From the IMG/VR virus record IMGVR_UViG_3300028591_000001, positions 115,547-179,546 of that record: a stretch of DNA of 64,000 nt. One strand, written 5' to 3'. The DNA comes from a virus (taxonomy: Duplodnaviria > Heunggongvirae > Uroviricota > Caudoviricetes). Every line of letters begins with the position of its first letter. The stretch's first letter is position 1. This document shows positions 51,310-61,096 of the stretch, in pieces. The position numbers and the translations under genes were made by a program. The notes below the pieces were generated by a model. It saw nothing but the letters and a program-made list of their open reading frames with translations. It was not told the DNA's origin and made no database searches.

Positions 51310-51957
51310 ATGAAAAAGAGTTTTATTTTAGCTTTTTTAATGGGTTTAGTAATGTCTTTTATGTCCTGCACAGGATGTAATTCTAGTAAAGAAGACATTA
51401 AATTGCAAGATTCAGTAGTAGCTACTGCTGTATTAGATGTAGAACATTCAATTGCCTTAGACAGACAAGCTATGTATGTAAACTATAAAGATGATTATCG
51501 TTGGTTTGAAACAGAAATTCTTCTTCCAGAATTTATGGACTCAGACAGTGCAACAAGTAATCCAGAAATGATTGTAAATGTTTTACAAAGCATTGTTGAA
51601 AAAGGTAATGGTGCTGATGTATGGGTACATAAATTTCAACATTTTAAAGATGGAACAGTTACACATGACTCTATTCAAGGTTTCTGGATTGAAAATTATG
51701 CACTAAATGATGAAGTAATTAAGCTTAAGTATACAGAAGCTTGGGATAGAATGATGGCAACTAATTTCCCTAAACCTCATTCAAGACATGTTACTTTAAG
51801 AAATCCTATTGGACCTGTTGCAGTTAATACACAATGGATTTTTGGTAATATCAATGAACAAATTTGGGTTGATGCTGTGACAGGTGATACTAAAAATTCT
51901 AATCCAGCTTTTCCAAAGGAAAAGGGGTTCAAAATGCCTTTAGGAGAGTGGCCCTAA
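51310..51957 (+). CDS. Putative lipoprotein, 215 aa
   Basis: Signal peptide MKKSFILAFLMGLVMSFMSC, then a hydrophilic domain. Terminator at 52022-52046. Confidence 0.55.
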   Translation: MKKSFILAFLMGLVMSFMSCTGCNSSKEDIKLQDSVVATAVLDVEHSIALDRQAMYVNYKDDYRWFETEILLPEFMDSDSATSNPEMIVNVLQSIVEKGNGADVWVHKFQHFKDGTVTHDSIQGFWIENYALNDEVIKLKYTEAWDRMMATNFPKPHSRHVTLRNPIGPVAVNTQWIFGNINEQIWVDAVTGDTKNSNPAFPKEKGFKMPLGEWP

Positions 51958-52021
51958 GAAAAATTAATTTGGTAGAACCTTGAATACATTGTTACTCATA
52001 GTCTGTTAAAATTAAAGTTAT

Positions 52022-52046
52022 GGAGCTACGAGTTAGCTCCTTTTAT
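52022..52046 (+). terminator. Rho-independent terminator
   Basis: GGAGCTA cgagt TAGCTCC followed by TTTTATT. Confidence 0.6.
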
Positions 52047-52118
52047 TCCTCCTTAGTATAAAGGTTATTACACTCGATTTGTAATCCTGAAATGGCGGTT
52101 CGATTCCACCAGGAGGAT
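52047..52118 (+). tRNA. tRNA-Thr(UGU)-like, 72 nt, with a weak anticodon stem (3 of 5 pairs)
   Basis: Acceptor TCCTCCT/AGGAGGA, D GTAT-AAAGGTTA-TTAC, loop TTTGTAA, T GGCGG-TTCGATT-CCACC. Confidence 0.45.
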
Positions 52119-52508
52119 CTACTTGGCTATATAGTAGTTGCAAATGCTATATAGACGTAAGGCTTAGTACTTTGTCTACTAAGGGTAATCGTAGGTACAC
52201 AGTCCTGTACGACAGGAGATTGTCCGAAGTTCAGTAAAAACTGTGCAAACTTGAGGTAGGTTGAAATACGAACTGTCGTGAAAACTGAAAAAGGGTTTAC
52301 AGTAGGTATAAGAATAAGAATCAGAAACCCTGAGGCTGAGGAGCTGGAAACCTCTTTAAATATTAGCTTTAACAAGCCGACAGTCCATTTGGTAATTCCA
52401 TAGGAGCGCTGTTAATCTTATTCTATGATTACTAATCAACAGGTGAAGAGGCTGTAGATTAATGAGTATTTTAGCAAGGTTTAGCACTGTACCTTAAACA
52501 GTGCTATT
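52119..52508 (+). ncRNA. Candidate structured non-coding RNA (~390 nt, GC-richer, hairpin-rich) between tRNA genes
   Basis: No ORF. Hairpins GTACA...TGTAC and GACA...TGTC. Confidence 0.3.
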
Positions 52509-52602
52509 GGGAAGGTAACGGCTTTAGTCTGTAAAACTAAACTGCATTAACAAATTGTCGTAGTGGACTCGCAGTAAATAGGTTCGAATCCTATTCTTCC
52601 CA
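52509..52602 (+). tRNA. tRNA-Tyr(GUA)-like, non-canonical: the anticodon hairpin follows acceptor-TA-ACGGC directly, and a 38-nt stem-loop with a D-like GTCG-TAGTGGAC lies before the T-arm
   Basis: GGGAAGG TA ACGG C TTTAGT-CTGTAAA-ACTAAA ... ATAGG-TTCGAAT-CCTAT TCTTCCC A. Confidence 0.35.
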
Positions 52603-52682
52603 CTAATTAAAATATATGATATATGTTATTTGATAAATGTAATGGAAGTAAGCAATAGGGTAATATAGGACATGCCGCCGCT

Positions 52683-53345
52683 TTGTTCTATTATTCGTCT
52701 TTAGGATGGAATGTTTCAAATCCTATTACTGATTGTACTGATTATGATTTTTTAGCGGAAGATAATGGAAAAATATATAAGATACAAGTTAAAACTACTA
52801 AATTTTTAACAGATTCTGGAAATTATCAAGTTCATTTAACAACTAATGGAGGAAATCAAAAAGAATATTGGAGAAAAGAATTAAATAAAGAAGAATTAGA
52901 TTATTTATTTATACTAACAGAACAAGGTATTTGTTACTCTATTCCAATAAATGAAGTAGAAACATCTAATACAATTACATTATATGATAAGTATGATAAA
53001 TATAAAGTTTTCATTTTGTCTCCAATAACAGAAGAAAATATTCATTGTAATCATAAAGAAATTCCTCTTCCAAATAGAAGTACTAAAGAACATCAATACT
53101 TTTGTGAATGTGGAAACCCTGTTTCTAGAAAAGGAGGTCTTTGTAGAAGTTGTTCTCAAAAAAGAAGAAACAATAGAAAAGTAGAACGTCCCTCTAAAGA
53201 AGAATTACTTCAATTGGTTAAAGAAAATGGAATGACTAAAACCGGAAAAATGTTTGAAGTATCTGATAAATCTATTAGTAAATGGTTAATTGATTATGGA
53301 TTACCAGGAACTATAGGAGGATTAAAAGAACAAAATTTAATATAA
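52683..53345 (+). CDS. Putative PD-(D/E)XK-like nuclease with a C-terminal zinc ribbon and HTH. Possible homing endonuclease.
   Basis: DYDFLAEDNGKIYKIQVKT, CECGNPVSRKGGLCRSC, C-terminal HTH-like LVKENGMTKTGKMFEVSDKSISKWL. Confidence 0.4.
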   Translation: MFYYSSLGWNVSNPITDCTDYDFLAEDNGKIYKIQVKTTKFLTDSGNYQVHLTTNGGNQKEYWRKELNKEELDYLFILTEQGICYSIPINEVETSNTITLYDKYDKYKVFILSPITEENIHCNHKEIPLPNRSTKEHQYFCECGNPVSRKGGLCRSCSQKRRNNRKVERPSKEELLQLVKENGMTKTGKMFEVSDKSISKWLIDYGLPGTIGGLKEQNLI

Positions 53346-53538
53346 TCCAAACCTGTCTGATGACGAGACATTAATACCGTCATATCAGTTCTCACTTGGA
53401 TTCAAGAAGTGATAGGTTGCGCAACCGAATGTAATGAGCTTTTTATAGGTAAGGAAACCGCCATCACTAAGTTTTGGAAACTATAATGTAAAACTAAGGT
53501 AAAGGGTAAGTAGAGTTATGGATTACTCTGCGTAAACT

Positions 53539-53621
53539 GGAGGCTGAGAGCACTGGTGATTAGTGTGCTGCATTATAATTAATATTAATGTGGAAGACGG
53601 GTTCGATTCCCGTAGCCCCCA
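53539..53621 (+). tRNA. tRNA-like RNA with an acceptor (6 of 7 pairs), a 5-bp D-like arm and a canonical T-arm. The anticodon region is an AT-rich hairpin with a 10-nt loop.
   Basis: GGAGGCT ... AGCAC-TGGTGATTAGT-GTGCT ... CATTA-TAATTAATAT-TAATG ... ACGGG-TTCGATT-CCCGT AGCCCCC A. Confidence 0.3.
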
Positions 53622-53626
53622 CACAT

Positions 53627-53701
53627 TGGGCAATAGCGCAGGTGGTCAGTTCGCGCTTGACTGAAAATCAAGAGATTCTAGTTCGACTCTAGATTGTCCA
53701 A
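53627..53701 (+). tRNA. tRNA-Phe(GAA)
   Basis: Acceptor TGGGCAA/TTGTCCA, D GCGC-AGGTGGTCAGT-TCGC, anticodon stem CTTGA/TCAAG with loop CTGAAAA, T TCTAG-TTCGACT-CTAGA. Confidence 0.7.
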
Positions 53702-53706
53702 CTTAT

Positions 53707-53778
53707 GCAGACTTAGTTCAGAGGTAGAACGTTGCTCTCCAAAAGCAAATGTCGGGGGTTCAAATCCTTCAGTCTGTG
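53707..53778 (+). tRNA. tRNA-Trp(CCA)
   Basis: Acceptor GCAGACT/AGTCTGT, D GTTC-AGAGGTA-GAAC, anticodon stem TTGCT/AGCAA with loop CTCCAAA, T GGGGG-TTCAAAT-CCTTC, discriminator G. Confidence 0.75.
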
Positions 53779-53785
53779 CAAATTT

Positions 53786-53859
53786 GCTCCATTAGCTCAG
53801 TTGTATAGAGCATTTCGCTACGAACGAAAGGGTCAGGGGTTAGAATCCCTTATGGAGTA
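53786..53859 (+). tRNA. tRNA-Arg(ACG) with encoded CCA
   Basis: Acceptor GCTCCAT/ATGGAGT, D GCTC-AGTTGTATA-GAGC, anticodon stem TTTCG/CGAAA with loop CTACGAA, T AGGGG-TTAGAAT-CCCTT (U19 with A56), A CCA. Confidence 0.75.
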
Positions 53860-53993
53860 CCAAGTCAACACGTTTTTTACACAATTTTTAACGTTAAAAC
53901 AAAATTGTTGAAAAACTACTATTCTATGATATAGGACAGGAAGTTGTTGATACCTGTGAAAAAAGGAAATCCTATTAAGAATAGTAGAAAAAT

Positions 53994-54080
53994 AGTGGTA
54001 TGTCTGAGCGGTCGAAAGAGGAAGTCTTGAAAACTTTTGAACGATAACACGTTCCGTGGGTTCGAATCCTACTGCCACTA
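53994..54080 (+). tRNA. tRNA-Ser(UGA), class II
   Basis: Acceptor AGTGGTA/TGCCACT, D TCT-GAGCGGTCGAA-AGA, anticodon stem GAAGT/ACTTT with loop CTTGAAA, variable GAACG-ATAACA-CGTTC, T GTGGG-TTCGAAT-CCTAC. Confidence 0.7.
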
Positions 54081-54385
54081 CTATGAGTACGTTTGAATAT
54101 AAAAATGACCAATGGGTCTGTAAAAAATGTGGTAGTACTAATGTTTCTATTAAAACTGGAATGATGGTTGATAGAGCATGGTGTAATAATTGTAATAATG
54201 AAGATTATTTATGACATTAAGAGATTTAGTAAAAGAAAATGAAAAAGTATTAGATTGTGATATATTTGTAGACTGTTTAGAAGGAGACAAATTTTTAGTA
54301 TCTAATATAGAATTTAATGGTAATTCATTAACTTTGAAACTCCATAAAGGAGATAGAAGGTGGATTAAAATTAGTGAACATTATT

Positions 54386-54473
54386 AGAGGATTGCGTGAG
54401 TGGTTTAAACGACTAACCTGCTAAGTCAGCATACATCAAAAGTGTATCATTGGTTCAAATCCAATATCCTCTG
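54386..54473 (+). tRNA. Class II tRNA-like (88 nt) with a 4-bp anticodon stem and a 9-nt loop (AACCTGCTA). Identity unclear.
   Basis: Acceptor AGAGGAT/ATCCTCT with discriminator G, D CGT-GAGTGGTTTAA-ACG, variable ATACA-TCAAAAG-TGTAT, T ATTGG-TTCAAAT-CCAAT. Confidence 0.4.
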
Positions 54474-54587
54474 CTAAAATTTATGTATTATGAATCCAAA
54501 AATCTATGAACATGATGAAGAAATAAGTCCAACAATAAAATATTGTCAACCTTGTTTGAGTATTAATTTACAAAAATTTGTTAAAAA

Positions 54588-56616
54588 ATGGAAAAATATT
54601 TTGGACAACAATGCCAAGATGATACTCTGAATCAAAAATTCAGAGAGCTTCATTATAAATTGGTTAATGAAATTATTTCTTTTTGTAAAGAAAATAATAT
54701 CGTTATTGATGAATTTCATTTAAATGCTGATGATGTTGAAGGCTCTATTCCGTTTGGAGAATGGAAATCTTGTACTGATTCTTGTTTATCTTTTGAGAAA
54801 TTTACTGAAAGATATAAGAATGTTGTTTCTTTTAAAGAAAAAGTTAGTAATGCTGAATGGCAGAAGATTAAATTTGAACAAGAACCATTTTTAGTTTCAA
54901 TGTAATGGAAAAAGTTATTGGTGTTTATAGGATAATTTATCCTAAATATGGAGTATCTCAAGTAAAGAATCTCATTTCTTACGAAGATTATGAGAATATT
55001 TACAAGAAATGGAATGAGAGAAAACAGGAACTTGAAACTGAAATCTCTGGATTAAATAAGAAAAAGCATCAAGATAAAATTAAAGAACTTAATCAAGAAA
55101 TTAAAAACATTAAGAATAAATTACTTAATTTCTTTGGTGCCGAGTTCTTTACAGATGCTTCTCCTATTTGGTTATCTCAAAAATGTGGAGGTAATATGTT
55201 ATTATCTGATTATCAAGGTGGAGTAATTGAAGTTAAATTAGAGGAACTATGAATATTTTTAAATTAGAAAGAATTTTAAATCATCAACAACATTTATATT
55301 TTAATGCTGATTGGAGTGATTATTATGAGGAATCTTATAAATGTGCTACTTCTAAAGTGAATGAATTAGAAAGAGAATTATCTCTTTCCAAAGAAAAATT
55401 TAAAAATCTTTGGGATATTCCAATTCAAGTAGAATTAGGAGAGAAATTTCCATTTGCTGGATTTGTTGGAATTGATGGTACTACATATAAGTGTGAACCA
55501 TGTGAACATGAGAAATTAGTACGAGATATGGTTTATAATATTCCAGAACATTTTAAAAGATATTTAAATGTTCCTGCTACTTTTTATGATAGAAAACCTC
55601 AAGGTATGTTACAGGAAGAGTATTTCCTAATGAAATATCTTGGTTTTGTAAAAATCTCTTCTTTTGAAAAGGCTCCTACTAAAAGGATTCTTTTTCGATA
55701 TGAGAATTTAACTTGGAAACAATCTGATGTAATTTATCCATTATGAAAATAATTAAACAAATAGATGAAACTCACTTCGAAGTTGAAGTAGAACCATATG
55801 ATAAGGATAATGAAATTAAGGTTTTTGTAGCTCATGATTATTTATCCATAGGTGCTCCTAATGATTTTCTTACTTCTCTAGATATTAAAGGAGAATACAA
55901 TAGTGGACCAATGAATGGACTCTGTAATTATAGTACTATTCAAATTCCTATTAGGGCTGCACAAAAAATATTAGAACTTATTAAAGACAATAAGTATATG
56001 AAACCAGAACACCTTATTCATTATAACGGAAAACCTAATTATCTTTGGAATAACCATCCTATAATGTTTAAGGATGAAGAAGGAAAATGGAAGGTTGCAG
56101 TTAGGAATGATGAGGAAGAAGAATATTCTATTCTTTCACTTTCTATTTATAACAAATTAACAAAAGAATTAAAATGAAAGTAACAAATGATTTATTTTAA
56201 AAGATTTTTATTTGGTATAATAACTTTTTGTTCTATGCTATTTGGAGTTGTAGGAACAATATTTCTCTTTATAACTACTCCAATATGGGGATTCATATAT
56301 TATATAATTACTGGTGATGATCCAGTAAATTGTGATTTCGAATTTTTTTGTTGGGATAAAGCAATGAAATTTAGTGATTGGTGTGAATCAAAATTAATTA
56401 AAAATGACAAGAGGTGAATTATTAGATTTCCTTACACAACAAGCTAAGGAATTTAGAAAAGATAAAACTAGTATCAGTAGAAATTATCATTTAACTGGTA
56501 TTAAAGAACAACCAGAACAACATTTAATTGATGGAGTTCTTGTAGCATTTATTAATCATATTGGAATGTCACAGTGCATCGACTATGCATTAGATGTTGA
56601 TGATTTAAATGAATAA
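54588..56616 (+). other. Six small standard-code genes (54588-54905, 54905-55252, 55249-55746, 55743-56177, 56187-56417, 56404-56616) of unknown function
   Basis: ORF track. Overlapping stops and starts. Confidence 0.5.
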
Positions 56617-56719
56617 CTCCTAGTCTATAGTGGGAGTATAAACAACTATGGATAGCTTTTAAGAGAGATTGAGTTTCAGATTAAGTAAACTCACCTTGGG
56701 ATTGACGAATCCCAGATAT

Positions 56720-56803
56720 AGGACTATGCTGGAACTGATAGACAGAACAGATTTAGGATCTGTCGTTGAAACATACGTGTGGGTTTGAGTCCCACTAGTC
56801 CTA
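56720..56803 (+). tRNA. tRNA-Leu(UAG), class II
   Basis: Acceptor AGGACTA/TAGTCCT, D CTG-GAACTGATAGA-CAG, anticodon stem ACAGA/TCTGT with loop TTTAGGA, T GTGGG-TTTGAGT-CCCAC, discriminator A. Confidence 0.7.
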
Positions 56804-56990
56804 CAAATACAGCACGTATTTTAACTAAGGAGTTTTGACTCGTATAAGGAACCCTTAGAAAGACATTCTTCAATGACTATAGAATGGGAACTTGCCGTTA
56901 CCTATTAAAAAAGGAAATCCTATATAGAAGAATGAATTGCAGCATTGGTGTTAATGGTAGCATATAACTTTAACTTACTTTATAAAATAA

Positions 56991-57068
56991 GCGGTATTGG
57001 TGTAGCTGAAGGCGCATATCGGACTTCCACTCCGAAGGCATGCACGGGTTTGATTCCCGTATACCGCT
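56991..57068 (+). tRNA. tRNA-Gly(UCC)
   Basis: Acceptor GCGGTAT/ATACCGC, anticodon stem TCGGA/TCCGA with loop CTTCCAC, T ACGGG-TTTGATT-CCCGT. Confidence 0.6.
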
Positions 57069-57173
57069 CTATTTAATTATTAAAAATTGTTAAATTTATA
57101 AGTTTGAGTTTGATTTTTCGAACTTGAAGATATATTTATAGTACGAAGATTAAAACCCCTTCGTCTAAAAAAT

Positions 57174-57746
57174 ATGTCAAAATGGGAATCTGAAAAAGAA
57201 GAACTTGAAAGACTTATAAATATAGAAAAAGTCAGTTATGAAGAAATAGGTAGAAGATATGGTTGTTCTGGGAGTAATATTAAGAAAGTTGCTAGACAAT
57301 TAGGAATAGAACTCCCTCAACGTAGAAAGATAAATCCATCTGAACATTTTAACAAACAACAACATTATTGTTTAAATTGTGGAAAAGAAATTAAAACTGG
57401 TAATAAATTTTGTAATGTAAGTTGTCAATGGGAGTTTAAATATAAACACTTTATACAAAAGTGGTTAAATGGAGAAGAATCTGGAATTGTTGGGAAAGAT
57501 GATATATCAGATTATATAAGAAAATATTTATTTGAAATTCATAATAATTCTTGTGAAAAATGTGGATGGAATGAAGTAAATAAATTTACTGGAAAAGTTC
57601 CATTACAAATTCATCATATAGACGGAGATTGTACGAATAATAACATAAAAAATCTTCAATTATTATGTCCAAATTGCCATTCATTAACTGAAAATTTTGG
57701 TGCAAGAAATAAAAATTGTACAAGAATAGATAAAAGAGTAAGATAA
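57174..57746 (+). CDS. HNH homing endonuclease with an N-terminal HTH
   Basis: LQIHHIDGDCTNNNIKNLQLLCPNCH, plus SYEEIGRRYGCSGSNIKKVARQLGI. Confidence 0.75.
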   Translation: MSKWESEKEELERLINIEKVSYEEIGRRYGCSGSNIKKVARQLGIELPQRRKINPSEHFNKQQHYCLNCGKEIKTGNKFCNVSCQWEFKYKHFIQKWLNGEESGIVGKDDISDYIRKYLFEIHNNSCEKCGWNEVNKFTGKVPLQIHHIDGDCTNNNIKNLQLLCPNCHSLTENFGARNKNCTRIDKRVR

Positions 57747-57785
57747 GGTCAAGGAGACGGTCCGAGTCCGTTATGCTGCTCTTTT

Positions 57786-57860
57786 GAGGATATAGCACAG
57801 TGGTTAGTGCATTAGTTTGCCATACTAAGGACGACAGTTCAATTCTGTTTATCCTCTCCA
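57786..57860 (+). tRNA. tRNA-Gly(GCC) with encoded CCA
   Basis: Acceptor GAGGATA/TATCCTC, D GCAC-AGTGGTTA-GTGC, anticodon stem TTAGT/ACTAA with loop TTGCCAT, T GACAG-TTCAATT-CTGTT, T CCA. Confidence 0.75.
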
Positions 57861-57919
57861 GGGGAGATGGTGAAATTGGTTAATAGATAAAAATTATATG
57901 ATTAAATGTTAATGAATTA

Positions 57920-58355
57920 TGGCTGAAAGAGAAATTAGACATTGTGAAAAACATGGAGATACAGAGTTTGCTTTGTATTCAGATGGAAATAGAAAACGTT
58001 GGAAATGTTTAAAATGTTAGACAGAAGCAACATAGAAAAGAAGAGATAAGGTAAAAGTTCTTGCAGTAGCATACAAGGGAGGTAAATGTCAATGTTGTGA
58101 ATATAATACCTTTATAGGGGCTTTAGAATTTCATCATACGGATCCAAATGAAAAAGATTTTGGAATTTCGGCTAAAGGATATACTAGAGCTTGGAGTAAA
58201 ATAACTCCAGAATTAGATAAATGTGTTTTAGTATGTTCTAATTGTCATAGAGAGATTCATGCTGGAATAAGGCCCTGTCCTGAGATAAAAGAGGGAGATA
58301 ATGATGCAGTAAAAATTGCAGAACAGAAATTTGAGGAAAATTATAATAAATAAGA
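57920..58355 (+). CDS. HNH endonuclease with 2 recoded TAG codons
   Basis: MAEREIRHCEKHG...KC[TAG]TEAT[TAG]KRRDK...EFHHTDPNEKDFGIS...LVCSNCHREIH. Ends at TAA 58353. Confidence 0.6.
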
Positions 58356-58358
58356 TAA

Positions 58359-58429
58359 TGGGGTATAGCTGGAAGGTCAAGCAAAAGTCTGTTAAACTTT
58401 AGATGTGGGTTCAATTCCCACTACCCCAG
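58359..58429 (+). tRNA. tRNA-Asn(GUU)
   Basis: Acceptor TGGGGTA/TACCCCA, anticodon stem AAAGT/ACTTT with loop CTGTTAA, T GTGGG-TTCAATT-CCCAC, discriminator G. Confidence 0.7.
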
Positions 58430-58442
58430 CAATATTTAACAT

Positions 58443-58516
58443 GGTGTTAGTAGCTCAGTTGATAGAGCAGAGGGTTGTGGTTCCTCTAGTCGCAGGTTTG
58501 AGTCCTGTCTAACACA
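58443..58516 (+). tRNA. tRNA-His(GUG) with encoded G-1
   Basis: g GTGTTAG/CTAACAC, D GCTC-AGTTGATA-GAGC, anticodon stem GAGGG/TCCTC with loop TTGTGGT, T GCAGG-TTTGAGT-CCTGT. Confidence 0.7.
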
Positions 58517-58809
58517 CTAATAACTAAAAACTACAGATTTAAATACCTTTAATGTTATCAAAATTACTGGACTTGATATATATCATTGATTTAAATCAAA
58601 AAGTATGCGAACACATTTGATAATTTTAAATTAAAGATATATTTAAATTGTACCAGAGATAATTATTTATAAACTTTAAATTTGTAGAAATTATGGCTAA
58701 AAGAGTATTAAATGTGTTTAAAAAATTAGGTAGAATCTATGTAAATAGTATGGTAGAATATTATAAACCTATAATAGATTCTAAGATTAATCCAGTAATT
58801 TAATGGATT

Positions 58810-58883
58810 GCGTTCATAGCTCAGTTGGTAGATGTACGAAACTTTTAATTTCGGGGTCCTGGGTCCAAGTCCCAGTGGACGCA
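58810..58883 (+). tRNA. tRNA-Lys(UUU) with a weak D-stem
   Basis: Acceptor GCGTTCA/TGGACGC, anticodon stem CGAAA/TTTCG with loop CTTTTAA, T CTGGG-TCCAAGT-CCCAG, discriminator A. Confidence 0.6.
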
Positions 58884-59244
58884 CCTTTAATTTTAAAAAT
58901 TAATTAATTATGAAACGTAAATTAAAAATATTAGCAATATGGGTAGCAAGTATGGCTGCTTCAATTTATTCATTTCATTTAATAAAAAATGGATACTTAA
59001 TTTAAGATAAAATTTTAGGTTGAAAAACCTAGTAGATAAATATTAAAACTAATTTATTTATAGTATGATTATAATTATTGTTATTATATTATTTGCTTTA
59101 TGGTTTTTCTGGCCTAGAATAGATTACTATAAAGATTATAGAGACCATAAACATTTTGTTATGTGGTATAATTGGTTTAAAGAAAGAAAATTTGTTCATT
59201 ATGAATGGGTGACTAAATAAGTCACCTTTTTTTATTTATATACT

Positions 59245-59727
59245 ATGATTAAAAAAGACTGGATTTATATAACTTGGAAAAAATATTTATATATAAATAT
59301 TAGTAATCCAAAAAAGACAATGAATAAACTTAAAGGAGTATTTAAGCCACTTAAACTTTATTTTAGATTTACCGTAGATGAATGGGCTCCTTATCCAGTA
59401 TTATGGGTTTCTAAACCTTCTTATATTCAAATTATGTTTGAAGATGTTGGTTGGAAAGATAAATATGATACTCCTAGATTTGAACATCATCCATATATAT
59501 GGATTCATGTCTATAAATGGAATTTTGTGTGGTATTGGGATCTTTCTTTATACGAACAATCTTATATAGATGAATATTGGGAACAAGCTCTTTGGTATTT
59601 ATATTATTATAAAACTATAAGTCAAGGAATTAGAAACGAACCTGATATAAAATTTGCTAAAGAAAGTTGGCCTTGGCAGGATATGAATGGAAATAGTACT
59701 TGGACAGATAAATTTTTGATAAAATGA
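59245..59727 (+). CDS. Hypothetical Trp-rich protein, 160 aa
   Basis: ORF track. Confidence 0.5.
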   Translation: MIKKDWIYITWKKYLYINISNPKKTMNKLKGVFKPLKLYFRFTVDEWAPYPVLWVSKPSYIQIMFEDVGWKDKYDTPRFEHHPYIWIHVYKWNFVWYWDLSLYEQSYIDEYWEQALWYLYYYKTISQGIRNEPDIKFAKESWPWQDMNGNSTWTDKFLIK

Positions 59728-60152
59728 GGACTTTTCATATTTATACAGATGCTTCTTGTAAAAATACTAAATTAATGGATCCTATAAATGGAGTAAAAAG
59801 AACTACTAAAGTTGGTGTTATTGTTGTAGACTCTCATATAATAGATATTTATTATAATAGAGTAGAAAAATATTTTCATTCTTATTATGCAGAACGTGAT
59901 GCAATAAAGGAATCTATATATTATATAAGAAGTAAATATAATGCTATTAATATTATTATACATACTGATGATAGATTCCAAATAGGCAAATTTAAAAATA
60001 AGAAAGGATATAAAAATATTAAATTTATATATGTAAAAGGTCATTGTCCAAATAGAAATGGACTTAAATATAAGTTTAATTGTTTGGCAGACTGGATAAG
60101 TAGGAATGAAATTAATACTTGGAAAAATTATTATTATAGACATTTATTATGA
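59724..60152 (+). CDS. RNase H-like protein (DEDD-type: IYTDAS, AERDA, IHTDD, KGH...N..ADW)
   Basis: Motif pattern of the RNase HI fold. Confidence 0.45.
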   Translation: MRTFHIYTDASCKNTKLMDPINGVKRTTKVGVIVVDSHIIDIYYNRVEKYFHSYYAERDAIKESIYYIRSKYNAINIIIHTDDRFQIGKFKNKKGYKNIKFIYVKGHCPNRNGLKYKFNCLADWISRNEINTWKNYYYRHLL

Positions 60153-60300
60153 AATACATTAAAGTCGAATGGCCAGAAATCCAGGATTATATGTTAAATC
60201 CTAGGTATAGAGAAGAAGTAAGTTATGATCCAAATAGAAATTGTTGGTTTGTTCCAGAGGATTTTGGAGAATATAAAAGTAATTTAATTTAAAAAAAATT

Positions 60301-60687
60301 ATGTGTTTAATATCTAAATGGAGATTTGCTAAAAAAACTTCTCATGATATTGTCTGTTATAAAGTATTAGATAAATGGGAAGATGTATATTATACTCCCT
60401 ATATGGGTACTATAGTTGATATTAACAGAATATTAAAAGCTCAAGGTTCTAGTTTTTCTTTTTTTGAACCAAAAGAAAAAGGAGCAGGATATATACATAC
60501 TTTTGTAACTTTAGATTGTGCTAAAAAATATATATTTGAAATGGGATGTAAAAATCCTGTAATATTTAAATGTATTATTCCCAAAGGAACTAAATATCAT
60601 ATATCTAAAGATTGTATTGAGTTTTGTTCTAAAAAAATTGATTTTAAATCACAAGTGCCTTCTTATGAAATATACAATTTACACTGA
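60301..60687 (+). CDS. Hypothetical protein, 128 aa
   Basis: ORF track. Confidence 0.45.
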   Translation: MCLISKWRFAKKTSHDIVCYKVLDKWEDVYYTPYMGTIVDINRILKAQGSSFSFFEPKEKGAGYIHTFVTLDCAKKYIFEMGCKNPVIFKCIIPKGTKYHISKDCIEFCSKKIDFKSQVPSYEIYNLH

Positions 60688-61096
60688 TGGTTCATGTAGA
60701 GCTAATGGAAATGGGGGATTAGGAGTAGTTTGGTTAAAAGATGGAAAGAAAGTTCTAGAATTTTCTAAAGCTTTTAAAGAAACTACTAATAATCAAATGG
60801 AATTATTTGCTATTTATATTGGATTAAAAGCTATTACTAAGCCAATAGATTCTTTAGAAATAGTTTCTGATTCAGAATATGCTTTAGGATGTATATTTAA
60901 TGAAAAATGGAACCCTAAAAAGAATGTTAAATTAATTGCTAAAATTAAAAAACAATTAGAAATTACTCAAATTCTTGTTAAAAATCCAATTACATATCGT
61001 CATGTTTATGGACATCAAAAAGAAGGTGATATAGATATGATTTGGAATAATAAAGCAGATTCTCTTGCTCAATCTGAAAGTAGTATGATATTATGA
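60665..61096 (+). CDS. rnhA: Ribonuclease H (RNase HI)
   Basis: MKYTIYTDGSC...ELFAIYIGLK...IVSDSEYAL...VYGHQ...NNKADSLA, the D-E-D-D signature. Start at the internal ATG 60665. Confidence 0.65.
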   Translation: MKYTIYTDGSCRANGNGGLGVVWLKDGKKVLEFSKAFKETTNNQMELFAIYIGLKAITKPIDSLEIVSDSEYALGCIFNEKWNPKKNVKLIAKIKKQLEITQILVKNPITYRHVYGHQKEGDIDMIWNNKADSLAQSESSMIL

